Shown: piece after piece, positions 13,020-27,616 of the stretch
Numbering within the stretch: position 1 is the first letter of the stretch
How the letters are laid out: each line of letters opens with the position of its first letter
Source: Octopus vulgaris
Taxonomy: Eukaryota
Length of the DNA stretch: 64,000 nt
Reading direction: 5' to 3'
NCBI GenBank assembly: GCA_951406725.2
Contig: OX597820.1
Coordinates: 85,312,001 to 85,376,000, forward strand
Made by a program: the position numbers and the translations under genes
The notes under the pieces: generated by a model
Database searches by the model: none
What the model was told of the DNA's origin: nothing
Seen by the model: the letters and a program-made list of their open reading frames with translations, nothing else

Positions 13020-13550
13020 CTATTTTGGGGACCAGATATGGAAGTTGCAACGGGAACACTGATGATTTTGGTGTTGCCTTGGATTGAACAAATGTATATG
13101 TCGGTTGCAGGATATAATTCTTTTATTGGTGTTTTTATTCAACTCAAATAGTTTTGATGACGCATTGTACTCTATGCAGATCGATCTTAGCAATGACTTT
13201 CCCAAGATGTCAAGTTACGTTGCAGAGATTTTGATCTTTGCTTCAACTTATCTTTATACTTAAGGATAGGTTATTTAGCTCGGTATCCCTCCACACGTTG
13301 GCCTTACAAAAGAATTTTTGGAATGCTGTTATTTTCCATTTGAACAACAAGTCCTATCCATCTGCATTGAATTCTCAACAGCATGCTTTGGATACCGGAT
13401 ATTTCTAAGATTTTGACTTTTAATATCACATCTTGTCATTTTCATGCTGCAGATATTGCGTAGAATGTACATGTGAAAGGTTTCAACCTTCGTTATATGT
13501 CTGTAGGAGGAAGCTCATGCTTCTTCCCCGTGTAGCAGTGTGCTCAAAAT
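13020..13550 (-). pseudogene. Possible very old PLE RT C-terminal remnant
   Basis: Broken minus-strand reading QMENNSIP..LRSICIE..FPLQLPYL resembles the PLE E.N..LPFLD..ICS..LPY region. Weak. Confidence 0.25.
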
Positions 13551-13697
13551 ACAAGATTTGTATATACGCATCTATAGCTATATATACACACTATGTATAC
13601 ATATCTTTATATAACCTATCTACCTACATATGTGTGTCCGTGAGGGTAGATGTTTGTTTGTGTGTGTGTTTGTGTATATGTGTATGTGTGCGTGTGT

Positions 13698-13776
<79 letters not shown>

Positions 13777-14461
13777 TGCTTGTATCTTTTTCCAATGTGA
13801 AAATATAATGTCACTGCTTTAGTTTAGATGCATTTACTGTCACAAATTTTCTGGAAGTTGAATGATGGGAAGTAGCTATCAGTGACTTATTCATTCAGCA
13901 TGCATTCCATCATCGCAAAGCGTCCTTTCAGCTAACTATTTCTTGAAAAATCTCTCTTTTATTATGTAAATTCTGAGCAAATTTGTTCTGGGAACTCTTC
14001 AATTAAATGTTGCACGGTTCAAAAGCAGTATTTAATTCGAAAAGCAACTGTATACTTTTGTTTTGATGAAAATTGTCTAATTAACACTATGCAAAACATC
14101 ACTGAAAAAGCAGTGCTACACTTATTACGCCAGCTATATTTCGCTTAACGCGGTTGTTGTTTTTTTTTCAGAAGGTATTATTATCCGTTACTTTTGTACC
14201 AGAGAATCTCTGATTTCATATTTTCAGAACATGTGCAGATATTTAATAACACTTTTGTGAATGATTTACTTTATTCAAAACAACTCTATTGTATTACTTT
14301 ATTTACATTATTATCTGCTATAATATCCATAATCCTGGTTGTTCAAAAAGTAAATATGTGACTCTAGTGAGTCTTCTGTCATTCAATTTCTCGCACTAAG
14401 CTTCTGAAAACTTTGTGATTTACTCGCTCGCTATATTTACATTGTGAAATGATGTTTGTAA

Positions 14462-14510
<49 letters not shown>

Positions 14511-14512
<2 letters not shown>

Positions 14513-16080
14513 AAGAGTTTATGGAAAAAAAAACAAAAGACGAAAACAGGTGGTGTACAAAACAAACAGATGTATTAGTATAACGCTTAGGAATCGAAAA
14601 AGTATTTCATGTTTCGAGCCTACGCTCTTCTACAGAAAGGGACATAGAGAAAACAAGGAGAGAAACACGGAGAGAAAAAAATGTGTGTAGTGGCTAACGA
14701 TCTATCATGGTGATTATTGCCGGACAGGAGGGTCAAATACAAAGAGGAAAGTAGGGGAGATAACAAGGTAAAGATGACCCCCCCCAAAAAACAAAGGTGC
14801 GTGTGTGTATAAGAGAGTATGTATGTGCGTGTGAAAGAGGGCTGGTGGTCTGGAAGTGTGCTTGTATGTATGTGTAGGTGTGAAGATGTGGGGATGGGTG
14901 TGTGAGTGGTGTGTTGTGATGTGATGTGTAATGTTGTATGATGTAGTGTGGTGTGGTGTGATGTTGTTGGGAGGTGGGGGATGCGGAGTGGGGAAAGCAC
15001 GGGTGGGGTGTGGGTTCGGCTGGGGGTTGGGGTAAAGCTGGCGTTTGTGGGTAGGCAGAGGTTGGGGTAGAGGTGGGGATGGGAAGGATAGGGAAGGTGG
15101 AGTAGGGATGTGTGGGGGTGGGTGGGCATCTGGTGGGAGGGGAAGGTGGGTATGTGAGGAGAGAGAGGAGGAGAGAAGAGAGAAAGAGAGTAAGAGAGAA
15201 GAGAGTAAGAGAGAAGAGAGAAAGAGAGGGTGAAAGAGTAGGAGAGAAGAGAGAAAGAGAATAAGAGAGGAGAGCGAAAGAGAGTAACAGAGAAGAGAGA
15301 AGAGAGAGTGAGAGAAGAGAAGAAGAGAGTAAGAGTGAAGGAAAGGAAAGAAAGAGAGAAGAGGGAAAGAGAGTAGGGGTGAAGAGAAGTAGGAGTGAAG
15401 AGAAGTAGGAGTCGGGGCAAGAGAGGAGAGTTGGGTGGGTAGGAGGAGGGAGGAGGGAGAGGAGAGAAGGAGAGTGAGAGAGCAGAGAGAGATAGAAGAG
15501 AGAAAGAGAGTAAGGGAGAAGAGGGAAAGAGTGTAGGGGTGAAAAGATGTAGGACTGAAGAGAAGGAGGAGGTTAGATGAAGAGGGAAGGAGAGTTGAAC
15601 CCAAATGGCGTAAAAGAGCGAAGAGAGAAGATTAATCCCTGTTCACGGCGCAAACGGGAGTCCGGATGGCCTCTGTGCAAGGACAATCCGATCATAGGTG
15701 TTGCAAGGAGTGACCGGTGGAACGGAAATGACGTGAGACTGGGGTGTCGTTGCCGAGGTGGATGTCTCGGAGGTGTTCCGCGAACCGGTCAGCCAAGCGG
15801 CGTCCCGTTTGTCCGATGTACAGGGAATGGCTGACCGAGCAGGGGATGTAATAGATGATATTGCTGGAGGTGCAGGTGAAGGAGTCGATGATGCGATAGG
15901 GTCGATGATGGGTGCCGGTGAGGAGAGTGGTGTTGGAGAGGCAAGGGCAAGTGCGGCAGCGTGAGCGGGAGCAGGGGAACGAGCCAGGTTGGGAGGTAGG
16001 GTGGTGGGGTGGTAGGTGAGGGGAAAAGGGAGACGGGAGACTGCAGGGCGGGTTCGTGGGGAGAGAGCAGATGCACGGTC
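14511..16080 (-). mobile_element. 5'-truncated Neptune-type PLE: Cys linker + GIY-YIG (~15590-16075) and long pyrimidine-rich 3' region
   Basis: [59 protein letters not shown], then after a frameshift [21 protein letters not shown]. Flanked on both sides by (TA)n. Confidence 0.88.
14604..14640 (-). ncRNA. Degenerate hammerhead-like motif in PLE 3' terminal region
   Basis: Minus strand: ttt-CTGTAGA-A-GAGC gtag GCTC-GAAA-ca-tg-aaa. Perfect 4-bp stem II; the homologous copy at 56007-56044 has GAAA-cg-TA-aaa. Confidence 0.45.
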
Positions 16081-16104
16081 CATATATATATATATACATG
16101 TATG

Positions 16105-16135
<31 letters not shown>

Positions 16136-16248
16136 ATATATATATGTATATATATATGTATATATATATATGTAATTATATATATATGTATATATATGTA
16201 TATATATATATATATAAGTATATATGTATATATGTATATATGTATATA

Positions 16249-16314
<66 letters not shown>

Positions 16315-16361
16315 AATACATTTATATATATATGTGGAAAAAGAGAGAAAGAGAAAGACCG

Positions 16362-16422
<61 letters not shown>

Positions 16423-18058
16423 TACTTCCGGGACATCTTTATGATTTGTAAATGTAATTTTTTTCTTCAGCCTACGTTGCATTGGTATTTTTACAAGGAA
16501 ATCCCTTTAAAATATGTATAAAACAAATACCAGCATTAAAAGCTTTTATCACGATAATTAATTTGTAGATTCGCGTGTTCGGAGTCTTCAATTTAAGCAA
16601 CCTTGATGAGCTTGTTTTCCACAATTCCTAACTTTGTGCATGTAAATTAATCTGGCCTATTAACCTTGATCAGCTTAACATATGTTTATTAAATATTTTG
16701 TATATGACGTTCGTTACCACTCTTATTCAAAGCGACCCCGTATTGTTAATTCTGTTAAAAATACTGCCCGTCAACTTTGTACCATGTACATGATGTTATC
16801 AGTATCATTCATATCCTCCCCGCTATTGAACACTACTTGTATTCTTCATTTACAAGATGTATCAACGAAAGTCTGTAAATGATATTACTTTCAAAATGAA
16901 TAGTTTATTGATTATTACTGTTTGCTGTTTTATATCACATGGTCTGTTTTAGATTTCCTGTTAATTTTATAGAATATATTTCGAGTAGCAGTTTGCCTTA
17001 TTTATTGTAAAATTTATTTCTGTATACATTAATAGCATCCGTAGAAATACGCAGAAAGAGAAGTGGACTTACTGTAGCCAAAACTAATAGTTTCGTCACA
17101 CAATGAAACTATTCTAGAAATTGAATGTTCTTGGTCTCTTGTGAACATTTAACAGGTACTTAACTTTGTATTATTGTTTCCTTCGCAACATTATTTTTTG
17201 GTATTAAATTGTTTTACTTTATTTTATTTATTTACTTAAAATAGCTGAGAGCCATTCGCTTCAACATAATAGCGGATATTTTAGAGCGACTAAAAAAAAT
17301 ATTAAAAGTATCATCGCTTCAATCTAGTTTATGGTGGCTTGTTCAAAATATTGAAATATTTGTCTTTTAACCAATTAAACTACTTCAACATTTCAACATA
17401 TACAATATATTTTGTAATCGCAAACAGCTTTTTAAAATATTTTGTTTACTGTATTTTTGATAGTTTATTTTCATTTTATTGTCAAATTGATCGTTTCAGT
17501 ATTGCTTCAGCAAGTGCTTCAACAACTGCCTCACAATTTGTATGAATGCATAAAAGTTAGAAAATACACTTGGTACAACAATTTATAATCCTGCTCTAAA
17601 ATGATTTCTCTTTGTATAATTAATGTTCGATTAAATGTCAGTCAGATGATTTGAATTCTCTTGTAAAGATCATATCAAGAGATGGCCAGTGGGTGACATA
17701 GAAAATTTAAAACCATGGGTTTGTGAATATTACTGCTTTTACACAGATGCACAATCACACATACCCTCATATTTCGCCCCAGCTGTTAAATATTTCAATG
17801 ATAAATTATGACTTTAGCTTGCGAGCAATTTTGTTTTTAATTACTGGGGAGGAACATGGAAATGTGGCAACGGTTTTAGAGAGGTGGCACTTGGAACAAG
17901 GCTTCTGTTAACTGTAAAAAGGTCATAAGGCCGATTTGATGAATACAGAGATCAAATTGACTGAAAAACAAACGTGTGTGTGTGTGTGCGTGCGTGCAAG
18001 CGCGTTTTTCTGTCCGTCTGTCTGTGCATGTGCACATGTGTGCATGCATGAATGCACG

Positions 18059-18092
<34 letters not shown>

Positions 18093-18414
18093 TATATGTA
18101 TCTATACCGATATTTTAAGACTAATATTGAAAGTTTTATTTAGAGTTTCCAACTATTTAGATCCCATAAAATCCAGTGTGGTGCACTCCATAGCCTGAAC
18201 AATTTGCTGGTGACTAACATTAAAGGTTTTATAGTTTTCTAGTGGATATATTGTGCTCAAACTATTTTACACCGGAGTATTAAGTAATAGTGTAAAATAC
18301 ATTGAAGAAATTATAATCTGATTTATCACACACTAGAGACAAAGAATCATTACAATTATTCTATTCATTATATCGTTAAAAATATGCCAACTGTATGCAA
18401 AAAATTTTGAATAT

Positions 18415-18850
18415 TTAGGAGTTGTGTTGTAAAAAGCTTTCTTCCCAACCAGAGGTTTCCGGGTTCAGGCCCACTGCGTAGCACCTTGAGCAAGTGTTTT
18501 CTACTATAACCACAAGCCCACTAAAGCCTCGTTCGTGAACTTTGTAGACGGAAACAGAAAGAAGCCCGTCGAATATATGTGTATGTGTGTGTGTGTGCAT
18601 GTCTCTATGAGTGTGTGTATGTGTGTATGTTTTTATATCTGTGTTTCTCTTCCACCATCGCTTAACAATCGGTGTTGCCGTGTTTACGGTCCAGTAATCT
18701 AGTGGTTCGGCAAAAGACCAGTAGGAGAAGTACGATGCTTTAAAGAAACAAGTACTGGGCTCGATTTATTCAAATAAAAAATTCAAGATGGTACCCCCGC
18801 ATGGCCGCAGTCTAACGACTGAATGAAGTAAATGATAAACGATAAAAGAA
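18415..18850 (+). mobile_element. SINE family B, near full length
   Basis: tccgggttcaggcccactgcgtagcaccttgagcaagtg..gacggaaacagaaagaagcccgtcg..(TG)n..ggttcggcaaaagacc..gcatggccgcagtctaacgactgaa. Confidence 0.8.
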
Positions 18851-21800
18851 GTACCTTGCATCTATGAAATCGATTATACATAAATAGGGCTGCATCGAGA
18901 GTGCAGAGCTTTCCCAGGAAGTAGTTTGACAAATTGCATTAGACTTCAACAGCTGTGACAGCTTCGTTCTCAAATGATGTATACAACAATTCTCACTGGG
19001 AAAAATTGAATATAGCTTTCGACTTATGATACTGTTGAACTTAATATCAAGATCTCCGTTGTATTTCTGTTAAAGATTATTGTGAAATATCATATTGCAA
19101 ACCCTGAAATTATTTACCCTTAAAGCTAGGAGCCAGACTTACTTGTAAAACTTATTTCCAACTATAGCATTTTATTCTCAAGTAATATGTGTTTAATATC
19201 TGTCGTCATCATTCAAAATCTAAACACATCGATAACTGAATATTTAGCATATAATTTCGATTACACCATCTTAAAATTTCTTTCGAAGCTAATTGTTATG
19301 GAAATATTCATCCAAAGATTCAGTTGATTGTTGGTTGTGAGTGAAGTGCGCGCGTCTCATAGGAGCTTTATTCACCAATTTAACATAGATGTACAGAGGC
19401 AATTTATCAAATGTATTTTGCGCATTTCATGATGAATTCTAGTATATCGTGATAATCGAAATGTTATTCGGGAAATTTGCTGTCAATACCAGGAATACTG
19501 TTAAAAATATTCCTATGCCTACCTAATCATAATTAGATTCCAACAGAAACTCACGCCTATTAAGAATGGGTTTATTATTTTTTTTTTTCTTTCAATTCAC
19601 AGAGCTTTGTCTATAATAGAAATGTCAAATAAATTGTTGTTAGTAAGTACATTAAAGTCTTTATTCTGAAAGTAATGATACAGATTACTTCCCGCCCTAA
19701 AGAATGAAAAATTCTCACCGTTGATAGATCATCTCGTCGTTTGTATAATTCATTGTGTCCGTTATAACTTGTAAGTTTTAGAATTCAAAAGTACATTTAT
19801 CACTGTGTAATTTTTAGGGATTCTGAAATCGACAGCAAAAGATTATAAAGGGGAAAATGTAACTAACTACAAAAAATACTAATATAAATAATAAATTAAA
19901 TTAGTCGAAGCAAAATAAACCCTCCAAAATAACGATACAAGAACAAGAACAACAACGACGACGACAACAACAACAATAATAATAATGATAGTAATACTAG
20001 TAATAATAACAAACGAAGCGAGCAGAAGAAACGCCAGTTTAGTAGAAGTTTAGATTCCGCTAAACCAATATCGATTAGTTGGATGTAATGCTATATTGAT
20101 AAATATCTCCCACGAAGCCTTAGGACTGTGGTGATGAATAAATTTGCATGTAATTCCGCTCATCACAATATATTTCTTGACAGCTGTACGTGGCAGTCTG
20201 TATTGCAAGTGTAACATAAACAGAGCGGTAGAAAGTTCTCAATTGCATTATGGGTGAAAACTTCCCCGAAGCGCATTCGTTTTAGCATAATAGAATCAAA
20301 ATAGAAAATTACTGATAAAAGAAGACATACAAAAAAAAGAAATTGATGGAAAACGTTCAAAACAATATTTCTTAGGAAGATAAAATAAATAAATAAAATA
20401 TATTTAAAATTCTAGATGAGTCTTTAAAGTTTCAATGTGAATAATGATTCCTTTATACAAGGAACAAAAGTAGTTTTCCTCGGGGAATTCATACACCCAA
20501 TTGATTCTCTATCAGCATATTACTAATAATCCCACGAGTCAGCAATATTAATGGTGTTCTGCATTCACAAGTGACAATTGAATTAAAAACTAATAGGTTA
20601 TCTATCTGCCCGTATGTACCTCTTGTTAGTGCCTGATATTTCTATAGACCCTACTGTGTAGGAGCACTGAACATCTGTGAAAAGATAGGATATATTTCCT
20701 ATTGTGTTGGCGATGCGATCTCAGAAACTTGGATTTACGTTACACTTGAATTATTTGAATTGAATATCAGCAAATCCTTAAATAATAGCTTGTTATATAT
20801 TAACATTTTCTTTCATCCTTGATAGTTATTAGTAAACAAGCAGAATGTACACTTATTATTTCACATATTGCATCCCTCAGAAGAATGCTATTTTTATACT
20901 GCCTATTACGAAGGGAACATACCAATCTATCTCTGCTACAATTGTAGGCGTAGTACAATCGAAGGTAAAGTCGAAGCTACATTCGAGTATCATATACACT
21001 TTACATGAGCTGTTACCCTAGGAACAGAACTCCGAAAAGTTTCCGTCGGTCTTGTTAGACAAGTGCGATTGTCGTTAGAATCTCCTAACCAGAAAATAAT
21101 GAAAAATGGTTATAGTATTCAATTAAAATATTATGTAATATTTCCTCTGCATTATTTCAGCATTTTCTATGCTTTTGTTTGCCTATATAATATAATATAA
21201 TATATATATATGATAAATGCCTAAACTATTTTCCTGTTCTAGAATGACCATTCTTTGGTGAACGATAAGAAAATTAACGTCTTGTCTACCTTGAATTCTC
21301 AGCTCCTGATACAATGGCAAATACGTCTGACACCTCGTGTAAATTGGAGCATCTACACCTGTCGAAGGCCATTCTGTTGAGATCAGTTCAATGGTGAAAT
21401 CGCCGAGAATGAGAACGGAGATAGAAAGAAGAATCGACACTGACACTGAACTGCAAAATATTTTATCAATCCCGATAGAATGAAAAGCAAGTTTGACTTC
21501 GCTGTTATATCATACGAACACACTGTCTTGAATTATATATTCCACGCCATTTTATTTGACTGCCAATACACTCCAAAAATAACTTTAACTGAGATTTTCC
21601 ATATTTATTCTTTGTATTTGACATATAAGCACAGATATAACTGTAAGCAAAAGAAGTTTGCTTTGCTTCAGTGTGTTCTCTCGTTTGATTCCAATGCACA
21701 ATATGTTTTGTTATAGTCTCGCTAGCACAGTTTGGTAAATGAACGTTAGAAGTAAACGTGTTAGAGAAAAGTTGTCGCTAGATGCAGTTAATATGGTTGT

Positions 21801-22871
21801 GATCAACTAAAACACTTGGCGTCGTTGTCCCCGCATGGCTTCAGCCAAATAAATTAAATGAGTAAAAGTATGAAGTAATAGATTAGAGATTATTGCTGAT
21901 TTGTAAAAGAAACAAAGAAGAAATATTTTTAACTTTATCAATAGCTTTAAATATGAATTGGCGGTAAATGACAAGCGGGATTTAAGTTAATCAATTAAAA
22001 GGATTATTGGACAATACGAGATGACCAATGATGACGACCGACAAGATTTAATTAGATAATAGTGGTTAGGAAATGTCAGATTGATGTGGCCAGTATTTGA
22101 CCATACAATTAAATCAAAAGATTAACTGTGTGACGGACAAGAATCTGTTTGATGAAGTAAGGCGATATGATAAAGACGAGATTGAATAATTTATGAATTG
22201 GACGTAATAGCGATGTTTTGCCAGATATAGAAAAAATAATAAAAGAAAAAATGCTTTATTGGAAAAAAAAAACTAAAACAATAATATTAGCAAAAATATC
22301 AAAGAGAGGAGATGCTGCAATGCAACGAGTTGTCATCAAAAATGATGGGGAAATGTCGATGTTTTACGATATTTGTGCAGCCGGACAGAAAGTGTGTACA
22401 TATATAGAGTTACTTCTGGACAAACTTATGTCTCACCAATATAGAAAATGTTCAGTGCTTTGAAACTAATTTATCATTTTATTTTGGGCCTAATTTCTAT
22501 ATATTAATTTTGTTCAGTGGTTTCTAAATTGATATCAGCGGTTGTATATCGATCATGACTCATTTAATAGCAATCAAATGCAGCAAGAACTTTGGAGTTA
22601 TTTAGGAACGACATCAAGTAAATATATTTTCAAACATAGATTTTCCCCTTTGAATTATATCTTTTTTAAACACATTTCAGACGAAATATAAATACCGAAA
22701 TGCATTTGGCCATTTATCATTTATCGTGACTAGGATTGATATATCTGCATAGGAGATACGTTAGCATTTTTAACTGGACACGATAGTAAAATGAATAGTA
22801 TAATACTGTTTTTAGAAATAACATTTTGGTAAATGGAACGTCTTGATATATCTATTATATAACATGAAGCT

Positions 22872-23078
22872 AAGGCGGCATAATCTTTAGCAAAATGTTT
22901 AGCGGTGATTGATCTATGTTTTCGTTCTGAGTTCAAATTCTACTGAGGTTCAGTTTGTGTTTCATCGTTTCAGGGTTGATAAAATATAAGTACCAGTTGA
23001 GAGATGGGACCGAAATAATCGACTTTCCCCACTCCCAAAATTGCTGAGACCTTATGCCAAACTTTGTAACCAATATTA
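22872..23078 (+). mobile_element. SINE family A copy
   Basis: gcaaaatgtttagcgg..cgttctgagttcaaattctactgagg..tttcatcgtttcagggttgataaaatataagtaccagttg. Confidence 0.75.
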
Positions 23079-23496
23079 AATGAAATCGTACTCCATAAGA
23101 CTTTTCGTAACCGCCTTAGTAACAATATTAACTTAAGATGCAGGATTAATCCAATGGATGTCTATAAACCAAAGTTTCCCCCCAGAAGTATTAGGTAAAT
23201 GATTTCACTTTGGTAGGATATAATTCCATCACAGCGCTTAACGATAATTTTCGTGACAAAATCTGGATATTATGTTGCATGCTTGTATCATGTAAAGGTA
23301 TCTTATAAGGTACGATTATTTATTGCTTTGATTTACAGCACCCCTTTAAAACAAATTCCACAGGCATTATATTTTGACTTAAATGCTATTAGGGCAATGA
23401 GAAAGATCCTGCAAAACAAAAGTATAAAAGCAATTCTGCTGTTGAGAAATCGAATTATTTCAAGAAATCTGTTTTGTAACAATGTACTTAAGTGAA

Positions 23497-23653
23497 GGTG
23501 TAGTTGTGTGGTAAGAAGCTCGCATCACAACAACTTGGTTCCGAGTTCATTCAGTCCTACTGAGTGGAACCTTGAGCAAGTGCCTTCTACCATAGCCTTG
23601 TGCTGACCAAAGCCTTGTGAGCGGATACGAAAACCGAAAGAAACCCGTCGTAT

Positions 23654-23728
<75 letters not shown>

Positions 23729-23985
23729 CATGTGTCTATATGTGTGTGCGCACGCGTATGTGTATCTATGTGTGTGTGTCGTTGTGTCTGTGATTGTCTC
23801 CACACAACTGCTTGACAACCGGTTTTGGTTGTTTACGTCCCTGTGACTTAGCGGTTCGGCAAAAAGACCGATAGAATAAGTGCTAGGCTTAAAGAATTCC
23901 TGGGGTCAATTTGGTCCACGAAAAAGTCCTTGAAGGGGGTGTCCCAGCATGGCCGTAGGCTAATGACTGAAGCATGTAAAAAGTT
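23497..23985 (+). mobile_element. SINE family B, near full length, with internal (TA)n(TG)n
   Basis: gtgtggtaagaagctcgc..accttgagcaagtgccttctac..gaccaaagccttgtgagcgg..gcttgacaaccgg..cttagcggttcggcaaaaagaccgatagaataag..ccagcatggccg. Confidence 0.82.
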
Positions 23986-25427
23986 GAAAAATAATAAAAT
24001 AATAAAAGAAATTTTTCCAGTATGTCTGAAGCCTTATTTCGTGGCAAGAACTACAAAAAGAGCGATAGCAACAACTCTGACACCCATACACAAATACAAG
24101 TGTCTTTGAAAAGGAAGTTCTTATATGAAACTAGTTTCCTCGGGTTGCCGCTAATGCTGTATTGTTGGTCACGAGCAAAGCATAGTTCTAAACAGAACAT
24201 TGGCAACATTGAGCCCGGAGAATATCTTCGGAATCGGGTAAAGCGAAAATTCATTTCTTTGCGTTTAATAAGGTGAAACGGTTCTCTTTCTACCATCGAA
24301 AGGCGATATAGGGATGACACCAGCAGATGTTCGTCTAGTTTTCTATGTGTAGAGAAAACAAAATCTTACAACATAATTTTATTGACCTTCGCGATCAAAG
24401 ATAGCGCTTGTAGACGAGCAAATACTTTGTACGAAACACATCTCCACAAGACTCTACTCTTCTTTATAGAGAAATGCAATATAGAGAAATGTTCATAGAG
24501 GAAATATTGTTCACAACTCGCATGTTAGCTCTTTAATAAGTATCGAACGCGAAAATAACGATGAAATGTAGGAGGACACAAGGGTCACTATAAACATGTA
24601 TTTCATGGCAACTTAGGAGTTCAAACCCAGCCAAGATTTGCGTTATGGATGCTATGAGAGATTGTAGGGTGTTTTAACTGTGAGTGCAAACGCTACTGAA
24701 CGGCATCCAGCCTGGCATATTTATAAAAAAGCGAAAATTTTCACCAGAGACTGGTTGTTGTTAAGGCAACAATACTACAGATATCAAAGTTACAAATCTA
24801 AATATATCTGAAAACTGTCTCGTTCTGAGCATCATCAGCAAATAATGCTGAGGGTTCATCGCCCAATCAAGAAATAGAATGTGTTATCTCGTGACCGATC
24901 ACAAAAACCATTATATACCGCATCTCCCAGTTGTAACTTCAGCGACACTATAGCTACTTCATGATCATATAAAGACGAAAGGGAAGGGGAAAAGAAAATA
25001 AAAATCTCAAAAAGAAAGAGCAAATCCTTGCCGGAATCAAGAACATTTTTAAAAAGAGGAGAAATACATCAACCTCCACAAAATAGCAATAAGGATAACG
25101 TGGAGATCGTGGAAATAAATTCATCTCCAGCAAATGGTGAAGCCAATAACTCATAGACACAAGAGAATAATTTTAGTGTGATATGTTTAGCCTGGGAGTT
25201 TTGATGAACAAGGCTTGGATTATATACTGTTAACGGTGCATTTGATTGTTTATGGCTCCGATACGAGTTATGATGAACGGACGGGGATATTAGTGAATAC
25301 TAACCGAATCTAGCTCTATTTGTGGCCCATATTTGGAGAGAGCCCTATACACATTGCATGTTTTACTTCCCATTTTAGCTGTATCTTCCTTTCATCTTTG
25401 TATTTTGAGTAATATTTCAATATGCTT

Positions 25428-25850
25428 GGGCGGCGAGCTGGCAAAATCGTTAGCATGCTGGGCGAAATGCTTAGCAGTATTTCGTCTGCAGTTACATGCT
25501 GAGTTCAAATTCCGTCGAGACCGACTTTGCCGTTTATCTTTTCGGGGTCGATTAAATAAGTGCTAGTTACGCACTGGGGTCGATATAATCGACTTAATCC
25601 GTTTGTCTGTCCTTCTATGCCCTCTCTGTGTTTAGCCCCTTGTGGGTAGTAAAGAAATAGAAATAGTTATTTCGTCTGCCGTTACAGTCTGAGTTCAAAT
25701 TCCGCCGACGTAGACTTTGCCTTTCATCTTTTCAGGGTCGATTAAATAAGTACCAGTTACGCACTGGGTACGATGTGATCGACTTGATCCCTTTGTCTGT
25801 CCTTGTTTGTTCCCTCTATGTTCAGCCCCTTGTGGGCAATAAAGAAATAA
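25428..25850 (+). mobile_element. SINE family A, tandem pair (full copy followed by a 5'-truncated copy)
   Basis: ggcggcgagctggcaaaatcgttagc..cccttgtgggtagtaaagaaata (to ~25660), then tatttcgtctgccgttac..cccttgtgggcaataaagaaata (25668-25849). Confidence 0.88.
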
Positions 25851-27007
25851 ATATTTCAATATTCTGTACTATAATCTGTGAGGTTTTCTAACGTTCAGAT
25901 TGCAAACAATATATTTATAAGCTGAATTCAATGTCTTTCGAGCCCTAGGGGTTAATAAAAAAGAATGATGGTAAACTACTACTACTAATAATAATAATGA
26001 TAATAATATTAATAATAATAATTACTGTTGTTGTTGCTGCTGTTGTTCTTGCGGTTGTTGTTAATATATCGTCACCATTATCAGCAATGCCATCATCATC
26101 GTCGTCGTCGTCGTTGTCATCATCATCACTAGTGTTGCTGTTGCTGTTGATTTTCTTTATTTTTTAAACTGTATGAAGCCTAATGTGAGCTATTAGTGAC
26201 TTTAAGCAATTCTCAAGTGTTGTGTTGTTATGACAGGGATATATTTCAAAATAATTCGGTCTTGCCCGCATAAAACATTACAAGAACTGGCGAGAAAACA
26301 ATACAGATATTGGAGAAAATATGCCAAGTTCAGAATAACAGCAAAGAAAAAGAAAAAAAAAATAACGTGGTAAACAAGCAAATACTAAATGAAATAAAAC
26401 GATATTCATTCTTGAGTGACTAACTGAATGATATTCTTTTAATGGCCGACTTCCCAGAAAACATGACTGAACATGTTTTTACTGATTTATTATTATAATT
26501 TGTTTTTCAAGCCCATGAGTGTTCTAATCAGGATTGCTTCGCTTATTCACCGTAGGGAGTTTCGATGACATATAGCTGAATTATACAGTTTTGCTCAAGA
26601 GATGTAGAGAGTTATCACCGATATGAGACCGAGAGGTAAGAAGATGCCGACAAAAAGAAATGAGAACAACTGGAAGAGGAAGAATGGGTATGATATGAAG
26701 AATGATTTGACTTGAAAACAGTAAAAATTGAAAAATGCATCTTTCAAAATAGGCTGTTGATGTTCATGGTGGTGGTGGGTATGGGAGCAGTGGTGTTGGA
26801 ATGATGTCTATTATGATGGTTTTTCTATTGTTTTTATACATTGTTCGTGATTTTTTGCTTAATTTCCCAATTCAACGTGAGGAAGAGAGAGAAAGAATAT
26901 GTAGGGTGCTGTCATGAGCAGATTCTAGAGCTGTTGTTGCTGCTGCCGCCGCCGACGCTGATGCTGCTGTAACTGCTGCTGCTGTTGATGGTCCTAGTGA
27001 TGGTGAC

Positions 27008-27042
<35 letters not shown>

Positions 27043-27322
27043 CGACGACGACGACGATATGGTGATGATGACCACGATGATATATCATCATCATTATCAG
27101 ATGTAGCAGCAAGCAAAAGGGGTGAGGAAGCAGCACATGTTGATTTTGATCCTGATAATAATGATGAGTGAAATAAACTGATAACGTGATGTTCACAAGA
27201 TTTCTAATGGAGACGATAGTGTTGATGATGAGCAGCAAGGTTTAAGCCCATACTGTTATTGACGAAAATCATGGGAGTTATGAAAAGCAGGATCAGCTAG
27301 GGATTTAGTAATATTGTTGATT

Positions 27323-27441
<119 letters not shown>

Positions 27442-27610
27442 CAGTAGTTTCATTTTTATATCGTGCTTTCACTTCACTACCGAGCGCAGCTCCGTGTGCC
27501 TGGGGTATGTGCTGTGGTTTGTTGTGATGCTCTTGTTTTCACTGTATTGAAACTGTTTTACGTAGGATGTGTGCGGTGCTTCGCAGTGCTATTTTCTGTA
27601 TGTTATATGC
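27442..27610 (-). mobile_element. R4/Dong-like non-LTR retrotransposon extreme 3' end
   Basis: The minus strand encodes YNIQKIALRSTAHILRKTVSIQ*, matching the R4/Dong C-terminal Q(K)xALLGTAxILRK motif, followed by a ~100-bp 3' UTR and a (TAA)n tail. Confidence 0.75.
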
Positions 27611-27616
27611 CCGTAT

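Noticed and set aside
14620-15604. 266-aa and 296-aa L/S/P/H-rich minus-strand ORFs
   Set aside because: They arise from the pyrimidine-rich low-complexity PLE 3' region that lacks stops; no domain signal.
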